Assembly: GCF_006345805.1 (NCBI RefSeq)
Contig: NW_021834237.1
Coordinates: forward strand, 1-64,000
Length of the DNA: 64,000 bases
Source: Octopus sinensis
Lineage: Eukaryota
Direction of reading: 5' to 3'
The position numbers and the translations under genes are program-made. Every line of letters starts with the position of its first letter. The first letter of the stretch is position 1. Below, piece by piece: positions 51,119-64,000 of the stretch. The notes under the pieces are model-generated. The model was given only the letters and a program-made list of their open reading frames with translations, was not told the origin of the DNA and ran no database searches.

Positions 51119-52032
51119 TTTTGAATGAGGGAAAATTTGAGCTGATGCATTTTGGAAGAAATTCCTCACTAAAACAACCATACTCTCTTCCTTCAGGGGA
51201 ACCGCTCACAGCCTCTAACAATATCAGAGACCTGGGTGTAATTGTTGATGACGATCTCAGTTGGAGTGCACACATCAACATGAAGGTCGATATAGCTCGT
51301 AGGATGAGTTCCTGGATCTTAAGAACTTTCCGGTCCAGAGAACAAGGTGTCATCATACCACTTTTCTCCTCTTTTGTACGGCCACACCTTGAATACTGCT
51401 GCCCACTGTGGTCTCCCCATACAAAACAAAACATCTCCAGGATTGAATCACCCCAGAGGGCACTCACTAAACGAATTGAAGGCATGGCTGCTCTCGATTA
51501 TTGGGATCGCCTTAAAGCCTTGAAACTTTACTCCCTCCAGCGTCGCCGTGAGCGGTGCATCATTTGTACGATGTGGAGAATATACCGCCAACTTTGCCCA
51601 AACGACCTTAACATTAGCTTCAAGGTTCATCCAAGACTGGGACCACGGGCCATACGTCCCCTGCCCAATTCAAGATCACAACATACATGTACACTGCAAC
51701 ATAATTTCTTTTCCTCAACAAGCCCTGTCCTATTTAACATTGTCCCGAGGGAGATCAAAGAGGAAAAGGATCCCATCAACTTTAAACGGAGTCTGGATAG
51801 ATTCCTTCAAAGAATACCAGATAAACCACCCATAATTGGATACAACTCACCTAACAAGAACTCACTACTTGAACAAAGTTTGATACAACTCACCCAACAA
51901 GAACTCACTATTTGAATAAAACTTGACTTAAACAGGATTCGAATAATCCTATCAGGTGGTGCTATTAAGTTAGACATGGCCTAGACCAATCTTTGGTTGA
52001 AACATATCTAAGTTATCTAAGTTATCTAAGTT
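51119..52032 (+). mobile_element. 5'-truncated CR1-like LINE 3' end; open 264-aa C-terminal frame; (ATCTAAGTT)3 tail
   Basis: KFELMHFG, RDLGVIVD, VRPHLEYCCPLWSP, YWDRLKALKLYSLQRRRER and FKRSLDRFL. Confidence 0.88.
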
Positions 52033-52062
52033 ATATATATATATATATATATATATATGTAA

Positions 52063-52268
52063 AGTTAATCCAAACATGAAAGCACAAAAAAACACAACAA
52101 CGCGAGGACGTGGAACAAATATAGTATTATTGGACGCTCAGGAAAGAAGGAAAGAAGGAGGGCTTAACGTTTCGAGCGGAGCTCTTCGTCGGAAACATAG
52201 GAGAAGGAAAGATCCAGAGAAGGGAAGACAGAGGGAAAAAAATCGCCAACGGTACACACGCGGTCACA
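52063..52268 (-). mobile_element. family P1 repeat, copy 2 (hammerhead-like motif at 52162-52196)
   Basis: Minus strand: GUUU-CCGACGA-A-GAGC-UCC-GCUC-GAAAC-GUU-AAGC. Confidence 0.65.
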
Positions 52269-52327
52269 TTTATATATATGGACTACTGAATTTTAATCTA
52301 ACTTTGGCGTGGAATTAATCAAATTAA

Positions 52328-52678
52328 GCATGGATGTGGCTAAGAGCTTTGATTCCCAACCACATGCTTTCGCGTTCAGTCCCACAACGTGGTACCTTGG
52401 GTACTATAGCCCTAGACCGACCAAAGCCTTGTGAGTAGATTTGGTAGACGGAAACTGAAAGAAACCAGTCGTATGTAAATATAAATATATATTTATTTTG
52501 TGTGTGTCTTTGTCTCCTAGCACTGCTTGACAACCGGTATTGGTAACAGCTGTTGGGTAAAGAGACTGATTAAATAAGTACAAGGGTCGATTCATTCAAC
52601 TAAAATTCTTGAAGGCGCTGCGCCATCATGGCTGCAGTCTAATGACTGAAACAAGTAAAAGATAAAAGATAAAGATCT
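52328..52678 (+). mobile_element. older SINE family A
   Basis: Diverged match to the head, middle and tail. Confidence 0.7.
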
Positions 52679-53049
52679 GTCGGAAGTTTTCGATGTAATT
52701 ATTCAAGAATAGTTGGTGCAAGTCTTCCAGTCGACCATATTCCATATATTCAGGATCACAATGACTTATTCTTGATATTTGTTCGATCATCAAAGTAGAT
52801 AACCTCGCTGTACAATTTGGGACAAAACTTGACATCTGAGAGTAGGGCTATCAAAGCAGGTTGAAAAAACAAAACTTTTGAAAGTGTTCAATGATTTGAT
52901 AGGAATATTGATGAACAACAATGATGATTAGGGCACGAAATAAACATAGTTGAAGAATTCGGCACATACTACCGGTTGATGTAGAAGTATTTAGCTAGTT
53001 TACATCATCTGTAGAAATTTGTGATCGGTTATTGTTGTGCATCCAATGA

Positions 53050-53560
53050 GTCGTCCTTGTTGGAGCGGTCTTATAAAGCTTGCATATTGTAAGCCGAACA
53101 ACGAATCCATGTCGTCAGATATCACATGTCTCATGACATGTGATATACAATTCGACATTGTGTCTGGACATGTACACTCTCCATGGTCCAGTGATTTCTG
53201 TAAGTCTGCAAATTTCGGTGGTGACTACACCATAGGCGACTGTTGCTATTTTTCTGAATTTATTGTTGGTGTACATCCCAGCACAGTATTTGAGGCCAGT
53301 AAGGTTATTGATGTTGGAGCTATTCCTGTGCTTTAGCAGCTTTCTTTTTGCGTAGAACTTAACTAAGTAGATGAGAGGATAGAGACTTGTGGTTTCCTAT
53401 TCAAATCGCTGCATGTTCTGGCGATGTTCTGGATTATTAGATCAGTTGTTAGTTTGTTAGGCAACGCTTTGTGTTGTTTAAGATGGTGTTGAAGACTCTT
53501 TGTATTAATGGAAAATAGAATGAACTGGAAACCTTTGTTGACATCGATGTTAGGTATCAT
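53050..53560 (-). pseudogene. possible decayed APE-type LINE endonuclease
   Basis: LFSINTKSLQHH, GMYTNNKF and TICKLYK loosely resemble APE motifs; weak. Confidence 0.35.
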
Positions 53561-54042
53561 GTCTATAATCATTACGTTCAATGTATAATATACAGCAGTG
53601 TCTATGTTGGAAATTGTTGTGTTGTTGAATTCTAAAAAAAAAAAAGCAAAAACAAAAAAAACTTGACTCTTTTTCTAAGGTGAATTCGTTTTATTCGGTG
53701 TTTTTGAAGTTTTTAACGATGTTTCTGTTTTCAGTTTTGTAGTTAGTTTCGTGAAATACGTGTGTTGTTGCGAAACACTTACAAAGCATTCGAAGTTGTG
53801 ATGATATTATGTAAACTCCTTTTGTTATCTCTGCTATTTGAAAACTAGATGCTGATTGCGTTGAAATCCTTTCAATGATCCTGAGAATGTCAGTGTTGAT
53901 TGGTGTGTGAAGTCTGGTGGGAAGGTTGGTGATTTTGGTGGTAGTATATACAAACTTATCTACATATATACATACATACATACATACACACATTCATATC
54001 TATATCTATACCTGACTCTCTCTCTCTCCCTCTCTATCTATA

Positions 54043-54096
<54 letters not shown>

Positions 54097-54479
54097 ATCT
54101 ATCTATCTATCTATCTATATCTATATCTATATCTATATATATGCACAGCACCACCGGATTCACCAATCTTCTCACCAAATTGCACAGTATATATATATAT
54201 ATATACACACACACAATCAACAGGTCAAATCTAGAGATACTCAATGTAGAAAACATAGTGTAGTACTCAAATGATTTGAACTTAAACTCCGAAGCCTTTA
54301 TCAAGGTCCAGACCCACGATGTAATGAGTAGCTATAAGGGAAATCCAGATGAGCTGATATGGAGATAGTGATACAGATAAACATGATTAGGCTTGGTATG
54401 TATAAATATACATACATTACACACACACACACATACACACACACACACATACACATACACACACACACACATACACACA

Positions 54480-54510
<31 letters not shown>

Positions 54511-55112
54511 CATATGGATATATGTAGTGGGCAGCGATTTTCTTCACTACTTCAGGGAGTGACGACCCTGTCTGACACGAGTCCCGGGCTCAGCTGGCTC
54601 CAGCTGACAGTACCCGATATGGGCCTCTATCCAGGGCTACGGAAAAGAGACAACCTTCAGAGAAATCCAGGTGGGGCCCCGTAGGCGGTTTAGTGTTCTA
54701 TTCGACACTCTTCCGGCAGCTCCTGCAACCAAGCTGGTGCCAAACGTAATGCTCTGCACTCCTTTGGATTACGTCAGCAAGGTCGAGAGATGAATCCTAA
54801 CGATTGGGCTACCCAGGATTTTCTTACATCTAGCCCAGGCCTGCACAAAACTGGAGAGGACATGAAATGTAAAAACCAGACTGGATTAGTTTATGCGCAA
54901 ATCCATTGTCTCTCGAGACAAAAGGATGTCAACAATGTAGATACAAAAACTAGATATATTCAGAAGATAAACATGTGTACAAGCTTACGGAAATTATATG
55001 TATTGATAAATATGAAAAATACAGAAAACTAGAGGGCGAGGAAGATATGTTGAGGTAGAGAGAAAGTTACAAAGAGAATAGATAGATAGATAGATAGATA
55101 GTATATACATAT

Positions 55113-55147
<35 letters not shown>

Positions 55148-55185
55148 CATATACATACATATATATAAAAAAAAAATATATAACC

Positions 55186-55530
55186 TACTTGGAAGTGGAT
55201 GCGTGGCGTTCGATCATATAATAACAAATTAATAAATAAAACATATGCATACATACATACATATATGTATATACCTACATCTATATGTATATATATACAT
55301 GCATATATGGGTACAGGACACCAAAAAAAAACGTAGAACACAACGAGAAACGAAAACATAAAAACAAAATCATGGAAACGGACTTTTTCAAACAACGAAA
55401 AAACAGAGTACAAGACATACAACACAAGGAACATTCCCCTTCTTCAGCTGCCCCTGCTTCGACTACTCCGTGTTTCGAAGGTAAGGGCAAGACACGACTT
55501 CATTGAAATAATCCTTCCCGCTAAGCAAAT
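55186..55530 (-). mobile_element. family P2 repeat
   Basis: Reverse-complement homology to 43590-43890. Confidence 0.6.
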
Positions 55531-55888
55531 TAAATAAAAGGCAGGTAGGCAGGCAGGTAGGTAGGTAGGTAGGTAGGTAGGTAGGTAGGTAGGTAGGTAG
55601 GTAGGGAGGTAGGTAGGTAGGTAGGGAGGTAGGGAGGTAGGTAGGTAGGTAGGTATGGATGTATGTATGTACATATATATGTTGAAAATTTATGGCGAAA
55701 ATATCAAGGCACGAAATGAAGTGAAAAGAAAGTGTAATTATTAGTTAAGCGCTAAATGAATGATCAGTGAAAAAAGAAATGGAAGCATTCTAGACGTTTC
55801 GAGCTAAGAATCTTTCGAAAGATAGATAGACGCGATATTATATATATATATATAATTATATATATATAATATATATATATATCTATAT

Positions 55889-56090
55889 AGTTAATCCAAA
55901 CAAGAAAACACAAAAAAAACACAGCAACGCGAGGACGTGGAACAAATAAAGTATTATTGGACGCTCAGGAAAGAAGGGAAAAGACGGAGGGTTTAACGTT
56001 TCGAGCGGAGCTCTCGTCGGAAACATAGGAGAAGGAAAATCCCGAGAAGGAAGACAGAGGAAAAAATCGGCAACGGTACACACGAGGTCA
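55889..56090 (-). mobile_element. family P1 repeat, copy 3 (hammerhead-like motif at 55991-56024)
   Basis: Minus strand: GUUU-CCGACGA-GAGC-UCC-GCUC-GAAAC-GUU-AAAC; all helices intact. Confidence 0.65.
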
Positions 56091-56859
56091 TATATACATA
56101 CACATACATACATATATGTGTGTGCCTGTGTATATGCAGCTGTATGTATATGAATTTGTGTATATGTGTAGATACCTACCTACCTACCTACATACATACA
56201 TACATACATACATACATACATACACATACAACAAGCACAAATACGTAAAATCTGTGCAAAATCACACGCCGTTTAAGCACTTTGTAACGCGTTTTGTATT
56301 AAATGCAGAAGCCCTTGTGGCAAATAGTGTGAAAGAATTATTATTATGGCACCTAGATTAAATTACGTAGAAGAAACAAAAGCTGCTCTCATTGACACAT
56401 GCTCACACATTTCAGAAACACGCGCGTGCGCGCAAATAGAAACACACGCACACACACATTGACATGCACTCAGGCACACAAACATCACACGCACACAAAC
56501 ACACACACAATTACAGCTAGACAAGGGCATTACCATATCAAAGCAGCCATCAGAAGATATTGCACTGCAAATAAATAAATAAATAAAACGTAAAAAAATA
56601 GTCAACAACAACACCATCGACTGCAAAACTATAAATTTAATAGCTCTTACAGGCATTAACAAGTATCATTCCCCCATCCACGATCATCAACACACCATCA
56701 TCACCTCCAGTATTATCATCACCATCTTACTATCATCATTGCCATCACCAGCAGCAGAAGCAGCAGCAGCACCACCAACACCACCATCGTCATCATTATC
56801 ATCATTATCATCATTATCATCATCTGTACGTTCTCTTCTTCACTAGAACTACCATCAGC

Positions 56860-57900
56860 GCGAAGATGACAACGACAACGACAACGACGCCGACGACGAC
56901 AAAGACGACGATAATGACAACAACGTCGTTGACGCGATGACCACCACTACCACACCACCACCACCACCAACCACCACTACCACCGACTCAACCAACACCA
57001 CCACCACCACTACCGACGCCACCACCACCAACCACACCACCACTACCACCACCACCACCACCAACCACCACTACCGACGCCACCACCACCACCACCACCA
57101 CTACCGACCGCCAACCACCACCACACACACGAACACCACCCACCACCACCACCACCACCACCCACCACTACCCCACCACACCACCAACACCACCACCACC
57201 ACCACCACCACCACTACGACGCCACCACCACCAACCACCACCACACTAACACCACACTACCGCCGCCACCACCACAACCACCACCACCACCACTACCGCC
57301 GCCACCACCACCACCACCACCACTACACCACCACTACGCCGCCACCACACCACACCACCACCACCACCACACACTACGCCGCCACCACACACACGACAAC
57401 ACTACCGCGCAACCACCACCACCACCACCACCACTACCACCTCCACTACAGCCGCCACCACCAACCACCACCACCACCACCACCCCACCGCCGCCACACC
57501 ACCACCACCACCACCACACCTCACCAGCATCCGCCCATCATCGCCACCGCCGGTATTGCCATCGCCGCCGCCGCGGTGGCCGTAACCACCACCACCACCA
57601 CCTTCACCGTCACCACCTTCACCGCCACCATCACCATCACCACCACCACCACCACCACCACCTTCACCGCCACCATCACCGCCACCACCACCACCTTCAC
57701 CGATACCATCACCACCACCACCACCACCACCACCACCACCTTCACCGCCACCTCACCACACCACCACACCACCACCACACCACCCACCACCCCCTACCTT
57801 CACCGATACCATCACCACACCACCACCACCACCACCTTCACCGCCACCATCACCACCACTACCGCCGCCGCTGCTATCACCACCACCGCCGCCACTATCA
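56860..57900. repeat. degenerate (ACC)n/(GAC)n low-complexity block
   Basis: Read directly from the sequence; produces the Thr/His/Pro-rich ORFs. Confidence 0.9.
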
Positions 57901-58320
57901 GTATCATCGTCAAAAGCCATCACGAGATAGCCTCTAACACAATCGTTCAACCCCGCCAGAAATAGCAGCATCCATGTAATTCACACCCTATCATCTTTTA
58001 AAGGCGAAGGACATGGAACAATGTGGTAGTCTAGCGTACGCTCTAAAAAGAGAAAAGAAAAAAAAAGATGGGGTAGTGGGTAATTTTTCAGCTGAAGATG
58101 GGATAGTCATTACCGGAACATTTTTGAACATAAGTCCTTTGGCTCAGCACTGTCTGGCGCTAATCTCCAACGTCAATGGCTGTCAATGGGCTAAGCAAGA
58201 GCGCTAGAGCCAAACACCACTACCACCGCCTCGACCAGCTCTCCTTCTTCCTTCTCCCCTCCTCCTCCTCCTCCTCCTCTTCCACGACCCCCCCCCCAGT
58301 AACAATTGATCACCAACATA

Positions 58321-58551
58321 TATTTCTTTACTACCCTCAAGGGGCTAAACATAGAGGGGACAAACAAGGACAGACAAACGGATTAAGTCGATTACATCAA
58401 TCCCAGTGCGAAACTGGAACTTTATTTATCTATCTCGAAAGGATGAAAGGCAAAGTCGACCTCGGCGGAATTTGAACTCACAACGTAACGGCAGACGAAA
58501 TACCGCGAAGCATTTCGCCGGCGCGCTAACGTTTCTGCCAGCTCGCCGCCC
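58321..58551 (-). mobile_element. SINE family C, full length, 16-bp TSD ATTGATCACCAACATA
   Basis: TSD at 58305-58320 and 58552-58567. Confidence 0.92.
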
Positions 58552-59049
58552 ATTGATCACCAACATAATAACACCGAGGCAATAAAGGGGCCACTAGGTG
58601 GTGGTCGCTGGGTCTTACTAGAAAAGCAGCCAGTTTCTCATTAAACAATATTTGAACATTTTAAAAACGGAAGGACATAAATTGAATAATGTCACGGATG
58701 CGTTGTTTAAAAATAAGGTTGGATTGCCATGTCTGGAAATAACTTTGATCATTGTTTTACTCAAACAGGATTAACCTGGAACCAAACCACCACCACCACC
58801 GCCATCAGCAACGGCGGCATCAACATCAACATCATCATCATCATCATCACTGCAAGCGCCACCAGAATAACCATTACCATTCCAGTACACTAACTGCCAT
58901 TATGACTATCACGGTCATCACTATTACCACTTCATTCGTCACCATCGATTCCGCCGCCACTACCACGCTGGCCGCCATATTCCTGTAACCACTACCCGAG
59001 TGACCGTCACCGTCAGTGTCACCACCAACGCCGCCATTACAATGACCAT

Positions 59050-59066
59050 CGCTGCTGCTGCTGCTG

Positions 59067-59121
<55 letters not shown>

Positions 59122-59155
59122 TACTACTACTACAACTACTATTACAACTACTACA

Positions 59156-59205
<50 letters not shown>

Positions 59206-59224
59206 AACTACTACTACTACAACA

Positions 59225-59259
<35 letters not shown>

Positions 59260-59560
59260 GTCCGCACAAGTATTTACCATCTGTATCCCTAACATCAACA
59301 CTACAACCTTAAAAACAGCCACTTCTACTCTCACCACCACCACCACCACCACCACTTCCATAACAACCACAATAACAACCACTCCCACTACTAACACGAT
59401 CCCTGCCGCCACCGCTGCCCCCCGCCGCCGCTGCCACCGCCGCCGCTGCCACCGCCGCCGCTGCCACCGCCGCCGCTGCCACGCCGCCGCTGCCACCGCC
59501 GCTGCTGCCGCCACTGCTACCGACACCAATTCCACGGCTACAACAACAACAACAACAACA
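59050..59560. repeat. compound (GCT)n/(ACT)n/(ACC)n plus a 15-bp GC-rich tandem repeat
   Basis: Read directly from the sequence; CCGCCGCCGCTGCCA about 5 times at 59422-59495. Confidence 0.9.
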
Positions 59561-60228
59561 AAACAATCTCCCCCACCACTATTACAATATCTTGGCTAAC
59601 ATCACCACCTACACTGAAGCCACTACCACCGCAACCATCACCACCACTACCGTCTACAATAGCCACCTCCGCCATCTTTATTTACTACACGCGACTCTTC
59701 CGCCATATTTAACAGGCTTCGCTCCTCCATCCAGATTCTGTACTCTACTCTGTGCCCTTATACCACCATCTTCACCCTTCACTTACCCTTACACATCCCT
59801 TCTCTCTCTCCCCCTGCTCCTCACTCAACCTACTCCTACTACCTCCCTTCCCTTCCTCCCCCAGCCTCCTCCTCCTCCTCCTCCCTCCAACAAAGGTTTC
59901 AGTAATTAGCTGCCAACTCTTGTGTACTGGAAACGTAACCCTCACCAAATAAACCAGCATTCTCAACTTGCTGCATGTTTTATTGATTCCACCATTCTTG
60001 CCTCCACACAGTTCGCCCCTTGATTGATAGCCCTTTTGGGCCACCCCACCCCCCACCATCTGCCCCACTGTCCCTCTCAGCCCCCTCGCCTCATATGCAC
60101 TTTCTCCCCTCCCCACATCCCTTCCTTCATAAACACAATCTCTTTCTCATCTTTCATTCTCTCATTTTTTCTTTCCTCTTTCCTTTATTCTCTTCCATAG
60201 TTCCTTCACTCATTTCTTTGTCTTTAAC

Positions 60229-60745
60229 TTAGCTTTCATTCCTTCTTTCCTTCCTTCTTTCTTTCTTTCTTTCTTTCTTTCCTTCTTTCTTTCTTTTTTC
60301 CTTCTTTCTTTCAAACATTTTTTCTCCTTTTTTCTTTTTTCTTTCTTTCTTTCTTTCTTTCCTTTTTTTCCTTCTTTCTTTCAAACATTTTTTCTCATTT
60401 TTTCTTTTTTCTTTCTTTCTATCTTTTCTTTTTTTCCTTCTTTCTTTCAAACATTTCTTCTCCTTTTTTCTTTTTTCTTTCTTTCCTTCTTTCTTTCTTT
60501 CAAACATTTTTTCTCCTTTTTTCTTTTTTCCTTTCTCTTTCTTTCTCTCTTTCTTTTTTTCTTTCTTTCTTTCCTTCTTTCTTTCTTTTTTTCCTTCTTT
60601 CTTTCAAAGATTTTTTCTCCTTTTTTCTTTCTTTCTTTTTTCTTTCTTTCTTTCTCTTTCTTTCCTTCCTCCTTTCTTTCAGGCTTCCTTTCAAACGTTT
60701 TTTTCTTCTTTTTTCTTTTTTTCCTTGCATTTTTCTTCAATAAAT
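60229..60745. repeat. polypyrimidine (TTTC)n tract with recurring TTCAAA(C/G)ATTTTT unit
   Basis: Read directly from the sequence. Confidence 0.9.
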
Positions 60746-61349
60746 CATACAAGTATCTTATCTCCTTTACTTTTTTCTATTCAGTCTCACAATCGTTCTC
60801 TCTCCCTGTCTTCACTCGTTTTCTGTTCCCCCTGTTTCTACAAACTCTTCCCTTTTTTTCTCTGATGCTAATCCAAGAATCTTGCACCCTGTTCCCTAAC
60901 GCATTCTTTGAGGTGGTATGATAGAAATCCAGAGCAGGAACCGAGTAAAACTTTAGATTCGAATAAATTATGCATGCATGCATGCATATATACATACATA
61001 CATACATACATACATACATACATACATACATACATACATACATACATGCATACATGCATACATACATACACACACACATACATACACACATACATACAGA
61101 CATACATACATACAACATACTTACATAATTACATATTAGCATGCCATACATACAACATACACACACACATACATACATATATTACATACAGCACATACAT
61201 ACATACACAACATACATACCTACATACATACTTACATACATACATACATGCATGCATACATACAGACATAACTACATCAGACATACGTACGTACATACAC
61301 ACACATACATACATACATACACACATACATACATACATACATACAACAC

Positions 61350-61380
<31 letters not shown>

Positions 61381-61742
61381 TACATACATACATATAATAC
61401 ATACATACATTACATACATACACACACATAAAACATACATACATACAATACATACATACATACAACACACATACATACATATATACATACATACATACAT
61501 ACATACATACATAATACATACAACATAGTCAATTACTGAAAGGTTGCAAGACACGATGAAATTTTTAGAAAAATAAATAAGAAATGAGTGGAAATTTGTA
61601 CCGGTGTGTGTGTTAAAGTTTAAGGCACTAAAAGAGAATGACTCTCACCAGACACAACAGAATATGCTCAAACACACGAACTCACATAAAGAATCTTGTA
61701 AACCAAATCCCCAAACGAAAGCATATATACACACACACACAA

Positions 61743-61795
<53 letters not shown>

Positions 61796-61819
61796 AATAC
61801 ATAAATAAATATATACAAT

Positions 61820-62070
61820 ATATACTCTTTTACTCTTTTATTTGTTTCAGTCATTTGACTGCGGCCATGCTGAGCACCGCCTTTAGTCGAGCAAATCGAC
61901 CCCGGGACTTATTCTTTGTAAGCCCAGTACTAATTCTATCGATCTATTTGCCGAACCGCTAAGTGACGGGGACGTAAACACACACCAGCATCAGTTGTCA
62001 AGCAATGCTAGAGGGACAAACACAGACACACAAGCATATACACACACATACATACAATACATATATATAT
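61820..62070 (-). mobile_element. SINE A 3' half
   Basis: Reverse-complement tail up to the internal microsatellite. Confidence 0.85.
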
Positions 62071-62099
62071 ATATATATTATATATATATATATATATAT

Positions 62100-62400
62100 A
62101 AACTTACTTGGAGGAGATGAACGAAACGAATCGAATCGACGCGAGGGCGCTCCAGTCATACAATAGTGTAATAATAAAATTATGCATCATTCAGACATGA
62201 CATATATGTACGTATAACTACATTAAATGTGATATACATGCATATATAAAATTATATACGTGGTCAGGTTACACCACAAAAAATAGGCCAAGTCAAAACA
62301 AACATGGAAAAAGGACCCCTTCATCAGCTGTCCCTAGTCAACTCCAGCGTGTTTCGAAGGTGAGGACAGAACACGACTCGTCGAAGTAGCCCTTGTTGTT
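62100..62400 (-). mobile_element. family P2 repeat
   Basis: AAACTTACTTGGAG start; CCCCTTCATCAGCTGTCCCTAG shared with the 43.6-kb copy. Confidence 0.6.
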
Positions 62401-62725
62401 GCAAGTTTTTTCCATATCGGAGTTCGATAAGATGAAAAAAGTTATTTTATAGTTTACGGCTAGCCGGTGTTGCTGTGCATGCGAATAAAAATCCTAAATT
62501 AGGGAATGGAGTAGATAAATCCAAGCTACAAATGTTTCATAGCCAGCAGAACCACAGAAGTACATGTATGTATGTATGTGTTTATATATTGTTTGCACAG
62601 TTAGGTATACGATTACAGCTGTATGAACTAGAGCTCCATGTACTTTATCATTATCCAGCCAGCCTCCAATAAATTGGTCATTCTACAACTGTACTTTGTT
62701 GAGTGTCTAGTTATGATATATGAAA

Positions 62726-62958
62726 TCCAGTTTGCTGGACATTGTTGTAGAGCTGAAAAAGAGGTAATTTCTACTCTTCTCCTCTGGAAGCCATCTACTC
62801 GCAATACCAGAGGGCGCACACTCTCCTACCCTGATGTAATCTCCAGGGATACATGCATCCAGCAACAGGACCTCTGTAATGCCATGATGGACCGTGAAGT
62901 CTGGCGTAGCATGGTAAATTCCATTATCTCGACCTCGGTCGAACAATGATGATGATGA
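62726..62958 (+). mobile_element. short 3' fragment of the same RTE-X-like LINE as 23286-23771
   Basis: QFAGHCCRAEKEV...MMDREVWRSMVNSI with a (TGA)n tail. Confidence 0.88.
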
Positions 62959-63039
62959 TACGTAGGGGAAAATTAAAATAATTCACACTTATGTTTTCCC
63001 TAATTTTCCATTATCAATTGTTTCCTGTCAATGTGCTTG

Positions 63040-63191
63040 CCTTTTCTGGCTAATATATGTAAATTTATATCGCGACCTTCTCAGTATATCGTGGATTTCT
63101 GCGGCCGATAGGTATTTATATTCTTTCAGATTTTAATTATTTCTGTGTGAAGTTTTGGAACGTAACGCTCTCGATAGTCGAGGGATTACTG
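63040..63191. mobile_element. pogo/Tigger-like terminal fragment
   Basis: Ends CGATAGTCGAGGGATTACTG|TA, a Tigger-type TIR followed by TA. Confidence 0.4.
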
Positions 63192-63208
63192 TATATATTA
63201 TATATATA

Positions 63209-63252
<44 letters not shown>

Positions 63253-63784
63253 TGTGTATGTGTGTGTGTGTGTGTGTGTTTTAGAAAATGGAGGTGAACA
63301 CCTTTTTCCAAGTGATCGGCTGAAAAAGTGTTAAAACACCAGGATATTTTCCTACTTTTCTTACATGAAACCAATGGTAGCCTTAATTAACAAATAAAGA
63401 AATTATATCCACCAATGCCATGTTGAGCACTCATTTTCATCGTTCGACAGTTACACACACACACACACACACACAAACACACACTCACACACAGATATAC
63501 GGAAAGAGAGAAAGAGAGAAAGAGAGAGTGAGAGAGACACATACATACGTATGTATAAAGTACTTACAATAAATACGGAGGATAATACTTCTGCACAGTT
63601 TTGCAGCATATTTGATTTGCCTGACGTACGTTTCTGCTGCATAGACATCTTGCAACTGTATTTGTACCCATTTTCATTCATCTGGTCAAGACTTTATGCA
63701 GCTTTATCCAAAGTTTAGCTCCTGTCGTAGTTTGAAGCAGATTGGTATATTGGTTTAGCTAGCGTTATATTGGTTTATAAAGTA

Positions 63785-64000
63785 CTAGCAGTATCACCCA
63801 GCGTTGCTCGGGTTTGAAGGGAAATAACTATATAAGCATTTTTAGAGAGTCACTTCCCTTATATCTAGCAAAAAATGCATTAAAAATGGAAAAAATATGA
63901 TGGTAAATTTTTTTTAATCGTAGACTCATCGTAGACGCGCGCTCTAATACCCCAGAAGGGCTCGATATGAATCACGACTATAAGATACCCGGTTTTGGTT
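63785..64000 (-). mobile_element. Helitron H1, running off the window end
   Basis: CTAG plus the reverse complement of the hairpin at 63785; H1 interior. Confidence 0.85.

Noticed and set aside
55431-55510. CTGA(A/T)GA and CGAAAC motifs in family P2 as a type II hammerhead
   Set aside because: Stems I and III do not pair in the 55.4-kb, 62.3-kb or 43.6-kb copies; at most a decayed variant, and a consensus is needed.
56937-57965. 342-aa Thr/His-rich ORF
   Set aside because: Stop-free only because (ACC)n lacks stop codons; no signal peptide, domain or splice context.

Overview
Eukaryotic, AT-rich, repeat-saturated DNA with no recognisable intact host gene. The SINE, LINE and microsatellite content suggests a cephalopod, probably Octopus (inference from recalled repeat families; no search was run). 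The window contains (1) many microsatellites (TA, TACA, TATC, AAT, TTC, ACC, ACT), which explain most entries in the ORF track; (2) three tRNA-headed SINE families; (3) seven non-autonomous Helitrons; (4) dead LINE fragments (RTE, RTE-X-like, CR1-like, R4/Dong-like and other restriction-like-endonuclease [RLE] types); (5) a Ty3/Gypsy relic split by a SINE and a Chapaev3-type transposon that keeps its TIRs and TAA target duplication; (6) pogo, mariner and DD37D-like relics; and (7) Penelope-like element (PLE) debris. The most notable signal is a set of minimal type I hammerhead-ribozyme motifs. The best (42566-42609) has a compensatory U3:A8 core, caps a ~135-nt rod-like fold and lies in a 364-bp unit bounded by 94-bp direct repeats, which is retrozyme- or PLE-pLTR-like. 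A ~330-bp foldback inverted duplication and a 55-bp LINE target-site duplication also stand out. All folds and translations were done by eye, and boundaries are approximate unless termini or TSDs are quoted.
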